A DNA stretch of 64,000 bases. It comes from the human T2T-CHM13v2.0 reference genome, Homo sapiens. The position numbers and the translations under genes were made by a program. Below the pieces are notes generated by a model. That model made no database searches and had not been told where the DNA came from. It was given only the letters and a program-made list of their open reading frames with translations. Below, in pieces: positions 1 to 19,507 of the stretch. The DNA lies in NCBI RefSeq assembly GCF_009914755.1, contig NC_060931.1. One strand, written 5' to 3'. Numbering within the stretch: the stretch's first letter is position 1; every line of letters starts with the position of its first letter.

Positions 1-380
1 GCTTTGATGGCAGAATCTTTCCTTCTCTCTTCCATTTCAAAAGGCCACGTATATTCTTTGGTTCCTGGCCCTTTCCATCTTCAGAATCAGCAAGCAGTGG
101 AGCATCTTGCATCATCTTTCTCGCCCTTCCTCTCTTCCTCTTTCCATCTCTCCTGTCTACCACGGTGTATTATGGAAGGATTGAGCCAAACCATTCATTC
201 AAATTCTTGAATTCCTGGAGCTTAGATCTTTAGCTGAAGAGAAAACCCTTTTTCTATCATTTCTACCCTCTGATGTTTATGTAATAGGCTTCTTGTAACA
301 ACTCAGATGCTACAGAAGTAAGGCCACCTCATCAATTTCCTTGCTTCAAACCCGAAGTTCAATTGATACCCATATCTCTG

Positions 381-589
381 GATTTCAAGACCAGCCTGGC
401 CAACATAACAAAACCCCCTCTCTACTAAAAATACAAAAATTAGCCAGGCATGGGGGTGTGTTCCTGTAATCTCAGCTGCTGTGGAGGCTGAGGCAGGAGA
501 ATTGCTTGAACCCAGGGAGCGGGGGTTGCAGTGAGACAAGATTGCACCATTGCACTCCATCCTGGGCGACGAGTGAAACTCAAAAAAAA
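381..589 (+). mobile_element. Alu, 5'-truncated
   Basis: TTCAAGACCAGCCTGGCCAAC, A-rich linker, right arm, short A tail. Confidence 0.9.
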
Positions 590-699
590 TAGTTTTTAAC
601 AAAAAATATATTTGCAATTTATATTTCACCCAGTTGTTATCTTGGGTCATCTTACTTAATAAATACACTAAAATATACTCTATTCTAGCATAGCTGCTA

Positions 700-865
700 G
701 CCACTCCAGAGAGGTTACCTGGGTTGGAATCTGCTATTTGATTCTGAACAAATTAATGTACTTCACCTCTCTGTGTCTGAGTTTCCTCATCTGTTATTCA
801 TGGGCTCCTATAAGGGTGAAATGTATGCATGTGAGACAGAACAGTGTCTTGTGTTTGTTTAGTAA
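700..865 (+). mobile_element. MIR fragment
   Basis: Core resembling CTTAACCTCTCTGAGCCTCAGTTTCCTCATCTG. Confidence 0.6.
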
Positions 866-995
866 TCAAGATATTTTATATCTTTTTAAATAGGGACATA
901 GTAGGGTATCATATGGCAGCTCCCCAACTTAACCAATTGCTGGGTATGAGTACTCAGGTGGTTGGTAGTTTCCTACTATTAGACTAATGTAGTGA

Positions 996-1290
996 GGCCG
1001 GGCGAGGTGTCTCACGCCTGTAATCCCAGCTCTTTGGAAGGCCAAGGCGGGCAGATCAGGAGGTTAGGAGTTGGAGACCAGCCTGGCCAACATGGAGAAA
1101 CCGTGTCTCTACTAAAAATACAAAAATGAGCAGGGCATGGTGGCGTGCACCTGTAGTCCCAGCTACTCAGGAGGCTGAGGCAAGAGAATCACTTTGGAAC
1201 ACTGGAGGCAGAGGTTGCAGTGAGCTGAGATCATGTCACTGCACTCCAGCCTGGTGACAGAGTGACAGAGCGAGACTCTGTCTCGAAAAA
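996..1290 (+). mobile_element. AluS, full length
   Basis: GGCCGGGCG start, both arms, TSD TAATGTAGTG on both sides. Confidence 0.95.
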
Positions 1291-1454
1291 AGGATTAATG
1301 TAGTGCACATTCTTACATATAGTGACACTTAGCAGATAGATGGATTCTCAGAAGTCATCAGAGAAGTCAAGATTGCAGTGATTTCTATCAATAACCATTA
1401 CCCCATTTCCTCACTAGGACTACAAATTAACAACATTGATCTTACTAATTTTTA

Positions 1455-1580
1455 ATCTTTTTTAGGGATGGGGCCTCACTATGTTGCCCAGGCCAGTTTC
1501 AAACTCCGGGGCTCAAGTGATCCTTCCACCTCAGCCACCCAAAGTGCTGGGATTACAGGCATGATCCACTTGCCAGGCCG
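1455..1580 (-). mobile_element. Alu monomer (FLAM-like)
   Basis: Left-arm-only sequence flanked by TTACTAATTTTTA. Confidence 0.85.
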
Positions 1581-1688
1581 ATTTTACTAATTTTTAGTCA
1601 ATCTGATGGCATCTTGGTTTAATTTTGCATGTTTGATTTTGTTGAGCATTCTTTTCATATTTAACTTTGCATTTCCTCATATGTAGAT

Positions 1689-2016
1689 TAGTCATGTTCT
1701 GCATAACAAGGCTTTGATCAATGATGGACAGCATATACGATAGTGGATCCCATAAGATTATAATATCAGTATTTTTACACTACCTTTTTTATGTTTAGAT
1801 CCATGAATGCTTACTGTTGTGTTACAGTTGCCTACAGTGTTCAATATAGTAACATGCTGTATGGGTTTGTAGCCTAGGAGCAATATCTGGCCTAGGTGTG
1901 GAGTAGGCTGTACCATCTAGATTTGCCTAAGTACATTGTGTGATGTTCACACAGTAATGAAATTGCCTAATGATGCATTTCTCAGAACATCCCTGTCATT
2001 AAGCAATGCATGACAG
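1689..2016 (+). mobile_element. Tigger3a/MER7A MITE (Tc1/mariner DNA transposon)
   Basis: Degenerate terminal inverted repeats (TAGTCATG...CATGACAG); internal CCCATAAGATTATAATA and GTAGCCTAGGAGCAATA match the recalled consensus. Confidence 0.8.
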
Positions 2017-2233
2017 GAAATCATGCATTTGAGTTTGATTATTACTAGATCTTCCTTTTCTATTTCTGTCACACAAAAAACAGCCCAGTTTATTTTGTCT
2101 TAACCACACGACCCTCAGGCTCCTAGCTGGACTCATATGTATGGCTCTATTCCCCCAGAAGACTAATGAAGACAAATGTGTTTTAATGGGAAAAACTCAT
2201 AGGCTGTCTTACATTTGATCCTTACAGTAGGCT

Positions 2234-3039
<806 letters not shown>

Positions 3040-3064
3040 TAAAGGAAATTCCTGGCCTAGAGAC

Positions 3065-3300
3065 AATAACAAAGTAGTTCAGAGCACTGGCTCTGGAGCT
3101 TGACCTCTTCAGTTTAAATCCGAACTTGCTGTTCGGATTTATTGTATATTTAGGCAAGTTACTTAACTTTCCTATGCCTCAATATTTTCATCCGTAAAAC
3201 AGGCAGGATAATGATGGTACTTATCTCGTGAGGTTTTCAGGATTAAATGTGAAATGTGAAAAACACCTAGAGCTGAATATCTGGTATATAATAAGAAGAA
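3065..3300 (+). mobile_element. MIR
   Basis: GGCAAGTTACTTAACTTTCCTATGCCTCA...GGATTAAATG. Confidence 0.7.
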
Positions 3301-3531
3301 CCAGATCAGTGTTATTGCCAGCCTCCACTGTGTGCCTCAGATGTCTGGAACCTTGACCCAGCACAACCCCAAGACTCGCCATCCCTGGTGTCTGCTGCTT
3401 TCCTTACGTTAGCTCTCTTCTTTGGGACTGATTTCCACAAACCGAAAACAGAGCTGCTAGCAACTCCCATATCCCCAGGTTTGTTCTAAGGAGACTGAGA
3501 CTCACTCTAGTGTCCAGTTTAAAAATCTTCT

Positions 3532-4445
<914 letters not shown>

Positions 4446-4600
4446 CTAAAAGATCTCTGTTTGTCCTGGCTTGCATCAGATGTCCTCCCTGGAACTATCA
4501 AGCATAAGGAGATGTGTGGAGTACTATGATTACATCAATCAGCAGAAGAGTGCTTTCCAGGAAAAGGTGGATATTTGCCCTATATAAACAAAATGTATAA

Positions 4601-6055
<1,455 letters not shown>

Positions 6056-7052
6056 TATTTCAACTTCTACTATAAGGATCAGTCAAGCTCAATGGTATCC
6101 AACAATTACCTATTTCCCTGATGCATTTTATTAGACACTAACAACACCCTAATTTAATATCCTGAATTGGTCATTCTTATATATTAAGCTAATATTTTTA
6201 GTGCTCTAAAGTCACTTTTAGTGTCTGTATGTTCTTATTCATTTTGATGAAAGTAGGAGAGAATCGAGTGAAATGAATCAAGAAAAATGAGGGGCAGACA
6301 TCAAGGTGAAAAGTGTAGGTGAGAATGGGCATTGGGAAGTTTAAGAATGAAATTAAGAAACCAAAGAAGATATATATTCAATATCCATGCCATCACTTAA
6401 CAAGGCCTTTTTGGTATTTCAGTAACTGAACACTTTTGGATAGACCCCAAGATGGACACATTTTAAAGGGAAATTAAAACAGTGTTGCAGTGGGTTTCCT
6501 TCCTCTTAATTCTCTAGTCTCTTTGTTTAGCTTTCATGAATATCTGATTTCTTTGCCCCAAGAAAACTTTCTAAGTAATATTATAGAAAGCTATCTCTGA
6601 CCTGATGAAAACGATAAAAATTGGGACATTTTGCAGAGAGAATGCTGTAGCTTTCTTGCAGTTTGTTACATAGAGTGGCAATACAATGAAAAACTCAGAT
6701 TTACTCTGAAATCCCAGTTGTTCACCACAGAAAGCCATAGTCAACCATTTTCTAGCACCAAAACATGACATCTAGTAGGACAGAATTCTTAAAGCAAATT
6801 ATACTGCTCCTTTGTAGTATCATGAAGAAATAAGATACTGATCTTTCCACAGGTGGTTGTTAGGCAAACCAGGGCAGAGGAGGACTGAATCTTTTGCTTT
6901 CCCCTCTTCTAGAACATGGGAACAAGTACTTGTCTTTTTCACTGCTGTATGCCTAGCACCTGGAAGAGAGGACCTAGCATCTATTTGGGGAAAGGAGTGT
7001 TGGAGGAAGGGCCCGAGATTTAAATTTGGGCTTGAAGTATAGTGGTTCTACC

Positions 7053-7493
<441 letters not shown>

Positions 7494-7502
7494 TAAAAGT
7501 GC

Positions 7503-7897
<395 letters not shown>

Positions 7898-7901
7898 TTA
7901 A

Positions 7902-8241
<340 letters not shown>

Positions 8242-8714
8242 TAGCAGAACAGTGGACTAATATGGTCCCATACCCTATCATTTTGCTATGAGAAAAGAGG
8301 GAAGAACAAGGGGAAGTGAGAAGAGTTCAGGGATTTTGAGTACATGGTCATTTTCAAGGATGAATTAAATCCATGATGAAAATTACTATTCTTCAAACAA
8401 GCAGCTTAAATTTAAAATGGTACTATTATTATAAAACAAGTTTTAACCATTCGCTCTATACTGAGCTGGTACTGTACTTGGTTTGGACCCAGGTCTATTC
8501 TACACAGCCATATTTCTTTTCCTGGTGGCATTTACATTTTAACATGGATGCTGGTGAGAACACTCAATCAAACTGGATTGAAATACAGGAGTGAGTAAAG
8601 CAGACATATGCAATTGGGACACCTTGTTCAGCCAGCCAAAAGAAAGAACATGCCACATATGAATCATGCCTCTGGTTGAACAAGCTTTATACTAAGATAT
8701 TTAATTGTACATTA

Positions 8715-10740
<2,026 letters not shown>

Positions 10741-11049
10741 TTTTAAAATGTCATTCTTATTAATTTTCTCCTTCATAGACTCTTTGATTTGATCATGCCA
10801 TCATTTTCTGTCACCTTGAAACTTTCTCTCCTACTTTTACCTTCATGTCTTCCTTTGCTCACACTTCTATGGTGTGACATCAATTTTAAAAAGTCATATT
10901 ATGCATCTTACAGTGTTAACAGGGAAATTACAAAAGTGTTGGTATATAGTGGCCTGAATTGGGTAAATGCCTAAATCCTGGAATGCCCTGTACACCCACA
11001 AAGCTGGGCTGGGGCTTCTTACAGGTAGATTTCCCAGTCAACTAGTAGG

Positions 11050-11560
11050 GAAATTAGCCGAGCATGGTGGTGTGTGCCTGTAATCCCAGCTATTGAGAGG
11101 CTGATGCCGGAGGATCCCTTGAGCCCAGGAGTTGTAGACCAGCCTGGGCAACATAGTGACAACCTATATTAGTACATTCTCACGCTGCTAATACAAACAT
11201 ACCTGAGACTGGGTAATTTATAAAGAAAAAGAGGTTTAATGGACTTACAGTTCCACATGGCTGGGGAGGTCTCTCTGTCATAGCAGAAGGTGAAGGAGGA
11301 ATAAAGTCATATCTTACATGGCAACAGGCAAGACAGCATGTGCAGAGGAACTATCCTTTATAAACCATCAGATCTCATGAGACTTATTCACTATCACCAG
11401 AACAGCATGGAAAAACCCACCCTCATGATTCAATTACCTCCCGTTGGGTCCCTCCCATGACACGTGGGGATTATGGGAGCAACAATTCAATGTGAGATTT
11501 GGGTGGGGACACAGCCAAACCATATCACACCCATCTCAAAAACAAAAGAAAAGAAAAGGA
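11050..11560 (+). mobile_element. Alu monomer split by the THE1 LTR
   Basis: ...CCAGCCTGGGCAACATAGTGAC before the LTR and CCCATCTCAAAA after it. Confidence 0.75.
11165..11527 (-). mobile_element. THE1 (MaLR) solo LTR
   Basis: GAGACTGGGTAATTTATAAAGAAAAAGAGGTTTAATGGAC...GAGATTTGGGTGGGGACACAGCCAAACCATATCA; TSD CAACC/CACCC. Confidence 0.9.
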
Positions 11561-12207
11561 AAAACTATTGGGGAAATGTATTTTGCGCTGTGTGGTGGCT
11601 TATACCACAGAGAACCCAGATGCAATGTATAAGTACTGGCCAGCAGACTCTGAATTTTGTTTCATAATCTGCCACATCCTCAGCTATTGCCCCTGGAATT
11701 CATTACTATGACTTCCATGTTAAGTCTTTTGGGGGTCCCGCATACATTGTTCTGACCCTACGGGGGTTGCAGTGATTCTCCTCCAGACTAGGAACCCAAG
11801 TGTCAGTCAAGAGAAACTAATCAGGATGAAATGTACCTTCCAAACAATTCCTGAACTTTGGCTGACTCTCCAACTTTTTGACAGAAAGCAGTTATAACTG
11901 TTTTGTTTTTGTTTTTACTATTTGCTTACTGGTTGATTCTTATTGGTTTGTCCCTGCCCCCAAGAAAATAAAGAATACTTGCTAAATTCCAAAATAAAAA
12001 TGAAAAGAAATCTGTAAGGTAACTCAAGTGAAAACTTCTAAAACAAATTACTAAAGAACTGGTGGGTTTTTAGAATAATTTCTCTTACCATGTCAATTTA
12101 ACTATTATTGCCAACTTGTTTTTATTCAGCAAAAAGCCAGCATTTTAATTCTCAAACACAGGAAACAAATATCTTTAAGATAAAGACTCTTATTAGAAGA
12201 TTGTAAA

Positions 12208-12360
12208 TCAGTGGTTCCTGCCTGTAATTCCAGCACATTGGGAGGCCAAGATGGGAGGATCACTTGAACCCAGAGGTCAAGGCTGCAGTGAGCTGAGATC
12301 ACACCAGTGTACTCTAGCCTGAGTGGCACAGCAAGACCCTGTATCAGAAAAAAAAAAAAA
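12208..12360 (+). mobile_element. Alu monomer / internally deleted AluJ
   Basis: GAGGTCAAGGCTGCAGTGAGC plus A tail. Confidence 0.8.
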
Positions 12361-12814
12361 AGACTCTTTAGAATTGGATAGAAGTTTTCCTGAGAAGCCT
12401 CACATTTCATGCTCATAGAAAGGACTCTTGGACTATAGTGGTCAACTAAATATTAGAAGAAAAACAAAACCTTATATAATCATCACAGTGCTTTCATTTG
12501 TAGCATAAAAGATACAAAGATGCTTAAATAAATAACTACCCTGGTTGTATAGCAGAATGGCTATACGTCCCCACCAGTGAACAGACAATTACACTAAGGG
12601 TGTAAAAGATAGGATGCGAAAAATATAATAAAATTATATCTCGATTTTCACATCATTTGTCCCCTGTACTTTAAATAAGGTATCACCCTAGATTAATAAT
12701 TTATGTGCAGACTTATTACATACTTTAAGTTGTCTTAGCTTTAGTGATATGCTTCCTAAGAATATTTCTTGCTTGCTTGCTTTCTTGCTTGCTTTCTCTC
12801 TCTCTCTTTCTTCT

Positions 12815-13540
12815 TTTTTAAACTAGGGTCTTTCTGTGCCACTTAGGCTAGAGTGCAGTGGTGACATCGTAGCTCACTGTAACCTTGAATTCCTGGGCTC
12901 AAGTGGTCCTCCCACCTCAGCCTCCTGAGTAGCTGGGATTACAGGAGCATGCAACCATGCCCAGCTTTGATGGTTAATACTGAGTGTCAAATTGATTGGA
13001 TTGAAGGATACAAAGTATTGATCCTGGGTGTGTCTGTGAGGGTGTTGCCAAAGGACATTAACATTTGAGTCAGTGGGCTGGGAAAGGCCGACCCACCCTT
13101 AATCTGGGTGGCACAATCTAATCAGCTGCCAGCACAGTTAGAATATAAAGCAGGCAGAAAAATGTGAAAAGAGAGACAGGCCTAGCCCCCAGCCTACATC
13201 TTTCTCCCATGCTGGATGCTTCCTGCCCTCGAACATCAGACTCCAAGTTCTTCAGCTTTGGGATTCAGACTGGCTCTCCTTGCTCCTCAGCCTGCAGATG
13301 GCCTATTGTGGGACCTTGTGATCGTGTGAGTTAATACTCATTAAACTCCCATATATATATATAATGGAATATATATATATATATATATATTCCATTATTT
13401 TAGTAAGTTATTTATATATATACAGATATATATTCATTCCATTAGTTCTGTCCCTCTAGAGAACCCTAATACACCAGCTAATTTTTTTTTATTTTTCAAT
13501 TTTTGTAGAGAAGAGGTCTTGCTATGTTGCTCAGGCTGGC
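12815..13540 (-). mobile_element. AluJ interrupted by the MLT2A LTR
   Basis: Right arm 12815-12965 resumes at 13474 (CCAGCTAATTTTT...TGTAGAG). Confidence 0.85.
12966..13473 (+). mobile_element. MLT2A2-like (HERV-L) solo LTR
   Basis: GATGGTTAATACTGAGTGTCAA...CTCTAGAGAACCCTAATACA, internal TA-rich tract, perfect 5-bp TSD CCAGC. Confidence 0.9.
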
Positions 13541-13724
13541 TTCCTAAGGATTAATATATACGTCATACTGTAGGTGAGATCTTTTTAAAAATTTTTCTCT
13601 CCTCTAAGTGATGTATAAGAAATGAACTGATCTGTTCTTATGAAAATAGTTATTCTTTGATATTAGCCCCAAATAACCAACACTATCACTTAGGTCTTTT
13701 GATGCCTACTAGCTCTATTCTAAC

Positions 13725-14050
13725 ACAGAGGTTGGCAAACTTTGAAGGACCACATGGTGATATTTTAGGTTTTCATGGGCATTATGGCTTCTGTTGTAAC
13801 TACCAACTCTGCCACTAGCACAAAAGCACCACAGATGAATGAGCGTGGCTGTGTTCTAATAAAACTTTACTGACACTGAAATTGAAATTTCATACAATTT
13901 TCATATGTCATGGAATATTATTCTGTTGTTTACATTTTTCAGCCACTTAAAAATTTAAAGATCCTTCTTAGTTTTTGGATCACAATAAAACAGGGAGCTG
14001 GTCATATAGAAATAGGCAGAGGGCTGATTCGGCCTGAAAACTAAAGTTTG
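13725..14050. mobile_element. MER58-like hAT MITE
   Basis: CAGAGGTTGGCAAACT start; GGCTGTGTTCTAATAAAACTTTA. Confidence 0.65.
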
Positions 14051-14064
14051 ACATTATTCCACAG

Positions 14065-14410
14065 CAGGGGACCCCCCCACCAAACCCAGGGCCTCAGTCT
14101 GTGGCCTGTTATGAACTGAGCTGCACAGCAGGAGGTGAGCAGCAGGGGAACGAGCATTACTGCCTGAGCTCTGCCTCCTGTCAGATCAGCAGCAGCATTA
14201 GATTCTCATGGGATCAAGAACCCTATTGGGAACTGAACATGCAAGGGATCTAGGTGTGAGCTCCTTATGAGAATCTAATGCCTGATGATCTGATGAACTG
14301 ATGAACAGTTTCATCCCAAAACCTTTCTCCCCATCCCCCAATTCCATGTCCATGGAAAAATTATCTTCCACGAAAGCAGTCCCTGGTGCCAAAAAGGTTG
14401 GGGACCACTG
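14065..14410 (+). mobile_element. MER1B hAT MITE
   Basis: CAGCAGGAGGTGAGC...CCCTGGTGCCAAAAAGGTTGGGGACCACTG. Confidence 0.85.
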
Positions 14411-14464
14411 TTCTACAGGATTAAGGTGTGTTGGTAAACCTTTCCTCTAAAAGAATCTCTACCT

Positions 14465-14588
14465 GGCTGGGTGTGGTGGTTCATACCTGTAATCTTAGCA
14501 TTTTGTGGGGAGGAGGTGGGCAGCTCACTTGTGTCTAGGAGTTCGAGACCAGCCTGGGCAACATGGTGAGACCCCCCGTCTCTACAAC
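14465..14588 (+). mobile_element. Alu monomer (FLAM-like)
   Basis: Left-arm motifs. Confidence 0.8.
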
Positions 14589-14600
14589 ATGGCATATCTA

Positions 14601-15074
14601 CTTTTTTGGTTTTGTTTTGTTCTTTTTTTTTCCCTTCAACTTTTAAGTTCAGGGGTACATGTGCAGGATGTGCAGGTTTGTTACATAGAGAAATGTGTGC
14701 CATGGTGGTTTGCTGCACAGATCATCCCATCACCTACATATTAAGCCCAGCAATCATTAGCTATTCTTCCTGATGCTCTCCCTTCGACAGGCCCCAGTTT
14801 TATGTTGTTCCCCCAACGTGTCCATGTGTTCTCATCATTCAGCTCCCCCTTATAAGTGAGTGTTTGGTTTTCTGTTCCCGAATTAGTCTGCTGAGTTAGT
14901 CTGGCTTCCAACTCCATCCATGTCCCTGCAAAGGACATGATTTTATTCCTTTTTATGGCTGCATAGTATCCCATGGTGTATATGTACCACGTTTTCTTTA
15001 TCCAGTCTATCACTGATGGGCATTTAGGTTGATTCCATGTCTTTGTGTATGTTCATTGCAGCAATATTCACAAT
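14601..15074 (-). mobile_element. 5'-truncated L1PA 3' end with a short twin-priming inversion
   Basis: TTTAAGTTCAGGGGTACATGTGCAGG; antisense ORF2 C-terminus (WIKKTWYIYTMGYYAAIKRN); TSD ATGGCATA(T/C)CTACTTTTT. Confidence 0.9.
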
Positions 15075-15374
15075 GGCATACCTACTTTTTATCATAGTAT
15101 GCACCATTACCTTCCAGGGCCGATCATTGAAAAAATTGTGAAATTTCTTTTTTAGTTCCTCCTCTCTTCCAGAGATTTCCTTTCCCCTCTCTGGTTTCCC
15201 TACAGCTGTCTAGGGTCTCCTCACATGGCATTCCACTGGAGATTGTCCACACCTATACTTCAAAACAGGAGTTCTTAACCTGATGCAAGAGGCTGCATGA
15301 ATTTAATGCAATACTTCAGGGGAGAAATTTCAAGCCAAATGGTCCAAAATTGCAACATATTCTCAAATAATTAA

Positions 15375-15740
<366 letters not shown>

Positions 15741-16328
15741 TTCTGTAGTGTTCTTTAAACCCATCTGTCCTGTTTCCCACCCCTCACAACCATGGATTCT
15801 GCTTTCCAAGGTAAAATCAGTAAGCTAAGAAATTACTTTGCCCTCCTTCCTTCCCCATCCTTTTAATATATGTGCACTCTAACAGTGTCCTAAAAATGAT
15901 GCTCAAACACAAAGTTCCACTGTTGGAATTACAGGCATTCTGGTAGGCTGAAGTTTTCCTGGTGCCCCTCAGAATGCTCATGTACAGTCCTTCAACATGC
16001 CCCGCCATTCTATGATCTCTTCTTTTACCTACCCCTTCCAACCTCCTACCCACCTCCTACTGCTTTCAATTACCCTCTACTTGCTAATTTACATTTTTAC
16101 CCCAAAAGAAGTTTATGAGTTAGGCCTCCTCCCAGGAGCTTCTGTCTCTACCCCACCACCTCTTCCCTTGTGGTATTGTGATTGCTAGCTAATTGGCCTG
16201 ACTTCCCTGACAAGCTCCTAGGAGCAGGCACTATGTTTTGTTCACTGTTTTAGCCTCTGTGCCTAGCATACATGCAGCTAGTTTAGATTAACTAATCTAT
16301 GAAGATATGTATAAAATCTCAACCAGTT

Positions 16329-16631
<303 letters not shown>

Positions 16632-17356
16632 TCACGTATCTAAGTACCCCACACATCCATGTGCTCCCAGACCCTAAGGGCCATTTTCACCTAAGCTTAC
16701 AGGTTCACCTAAGCTCACATTTTCACCTAAGCTCACAGGTTCATTCTTTGCAATGTCCTTACCTGCCATTCACCAAAAATTCAACTAACTTCACAAACCA
16801 GACACTTCCAGTCCTAGACAGATGCAGTTAACATGTGTATATGACATCTCATGAAAGTAGAAGTATCTCTAATGAATGGTTTATCTGTATCATACAGTAT
16901 TACTGTACCACAGCAACAAAGAAGCACTAGTCTGATTATTTATTGACTTTATATCAATAATTCATAAACCTCTTGCTCCTACATACAGAATCCATTGTTC
17001 AAGTAGAGTCATCATCTATAAAAACGAGATGGACTCCAAAAAAGCTTTTTTTAAAAAATCCACTCTTCAATAAAATAAATTGGAAGGCAGGGAAAATTGT
17101 TTAAATGTATAATATTTTTAACAAAATGGCTAAAAGCCCCATGACATTCTTATTTCTTCATGGCATTTCTGGAGCACATTAATAGTATTTTTAAAGCTCA
17201 AGTAGTTTCGGGACTACATTATCCGATATCCCAATTGTTCTCAGCCCCTGTCTTTTCTTAATTTTTCCTTTCTTTAAATTCTGTGCTTGCTGAGGTTGAT
17301 TACTGCACTGATTCTGGAGGGAGATATGAATTGGAGTCATCAGAAACCAAGATGCA

Positions 17357-17665
17357 GGCCAGACACAGTGGCTCATGTCTGTAATCCCAGCACTTTGGGA
17401 GGCCGAGGTGGGTGGATCACTTAAGGCTAGGAGTTTGAGACCAGCCTGACCAACATGGTGAAGCCCCATCTCTACTAAAAACATAAAAATTAGCCAGGCG
17501 TGGTGGCAGGTACCTGTAATCCCAGCTACTTGGAAAGCTGAGGCAGGAGAATCACTGGAACCCGGGAGGCAGAGGTTGCAGTGCTGAGATCATGCCACTG
17601 AACTCCAGCCTGGGTGACAGAGGAAGACTGTCTCAAAAAAAAAAAAAAGAAAGAAAGAAAGAGAG
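17357..17665 (+). mobile_element. AluS
   Basis: TSD AGAAACCAAGATGCAG. Confidence 0.95.
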
Positions 17666-18097
17666 AAACCAAGATGCAGCCTGTGAATGGGATGACTGTT
17701 TGGATGTCAGGGGAGGAGGTGTCTATGCAGATCACAGCTCTGAAAGTGACTGCAGTCTTTATTAGGTGGATACTTTCTTCTCTCCCTCTATCTACCTGAC
17801 TGTTGCCTGCTAGCCCCCACCAGAATGTAAACTCCAATAGAGTTTCACTGTTTTGTTCTCCACTGTATCTTTGCTGCCTAGAATAGACCCAAGTAGAGCA
17901 GATGCTTAGTAAATATAATTACTGGGGAGATGACGTCTCCAGTATATAATTAACCCAGTTTCACCTTTTCCTTCCTATCTCCCATGAGTTGGATCAAGTT
18001 GGATTCAAGGTACAAAAAATCATCTATCTTCAGGGATGGAGTAAGGGTTTCTTAGTGCATAGAACATGTTTATCAAACATTTTGATGGCAAATATTA

Positions 18098-18405
<308 letters not shown>

Positions 18406-18869
18406 TTTAGTTTACATTAACATAGAGCATATACTCTACCACACGTATATCTGAAACTAAAGTTTTACCAAACAATATTTCTATATGTTTTCTAGTCTTT
18501 CTTATCTTGTATTATTACAATTGCTGTGGCTGTTGCTATTTTTGCTGGTCACAGACCACCACTAATTTCACGCATAACCCACGAATAAATCAGAAGCTAC
18601 AGTTTGAACAACACAGTCATGCAGCAGCCTCAGTCCTACCCTAGCTGCTCCTGATTGGCAGTCAGTAGATGCTTCCACCAAGATGGAGGTGGTGGAAAAA
18701 AGAGCAGACTCTCTAGGCAGAGTCTTGAATGCAAATACTAGTTCTACCCAGGGAGCTAGGGAAAATAGTCTCAGTTTTCTGGAAAAGGAAACTGAGGAAA
18801 GCAACAGCCTCTTTATCTGGGAAAGGAGGTTATCAGATCCTTGTGGGGCTTTTATAAAGACTAAATAAC

Positions 18870-19490
18870 ACCGATCGCGGTGGCTCATGCCTGTAATCCC
18901 AGCACATTGGGAGGCCGAGGCAGGCAGATTGCTTGAGGTCAGGAGTTTGAGACCAGCCTGGCCAACATGGTGAAACCCCATCTCTACTAAAAATACAAAA
19001 AATTAAACAGGAGTGGTGGTGCATGCCTGTGGTCCCAACTACTCAGGAGGCTGGCAGGAGGATGGCTTGAACTGGGGAGGCAGAGGTTGCAGTGAGCCGA
19101 GATCGTACCACTGCAACTCCAGCCTGGGCGACAGAGCGAGACTCCATCTCAAAAAAAAAAAAAAAAAGAAGAAGAAGAAGAAGAAGAAGGCTGGATACAG
19201 TGGCTCATGCCTATAATCCCAGCACTTTGAGAGGCCGAGGCTGGTGGATCACGAGGTCAGGAGTTTGAGACCAGCCTCACCAACATGATGAAACCCTGTC
19301 TGTACTAAAAATACAAAAATTAACCAGGCGTGGTGGCACTTGCCTGTAATCCCAGCTACTAGGGAGGCTGAGGCAGGAGAATTGCTTGAACCCTGTAGGC
19401 AGAGGTTGCAGGGTTGCAGTGAGCCAAGACTGAGCCACTGCACTCCAGCCTGCGTGACAGAGCAAGACTCCGTCTCCTAAAAATAAAAAA
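18870..19490 (+). mobile_element. Two tandem AluS; the first has an A/(GAA)n tail
   Basis: Two dimers head to tail. Confidence 0.95.
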
Positions 19491-19507
19491 CTAAATGAGC
19501 ATATAAT

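Noticed and set aside
17205-17240. GGACTACATTATCC resembling a ZNF143/snRNA-promoter element
   Set aside because: Poor match beyond ACTACA, and no snRNA body nearby
18640-18740. Cluster of CCAAT-like (ATTGG), YY1-like (AAGATGG) and octamer (ATGCAAAT) motifs with a short inverted repeat
   Set aside because: Short motifs arise by chance; there is no CpG island or downstream gene evidence
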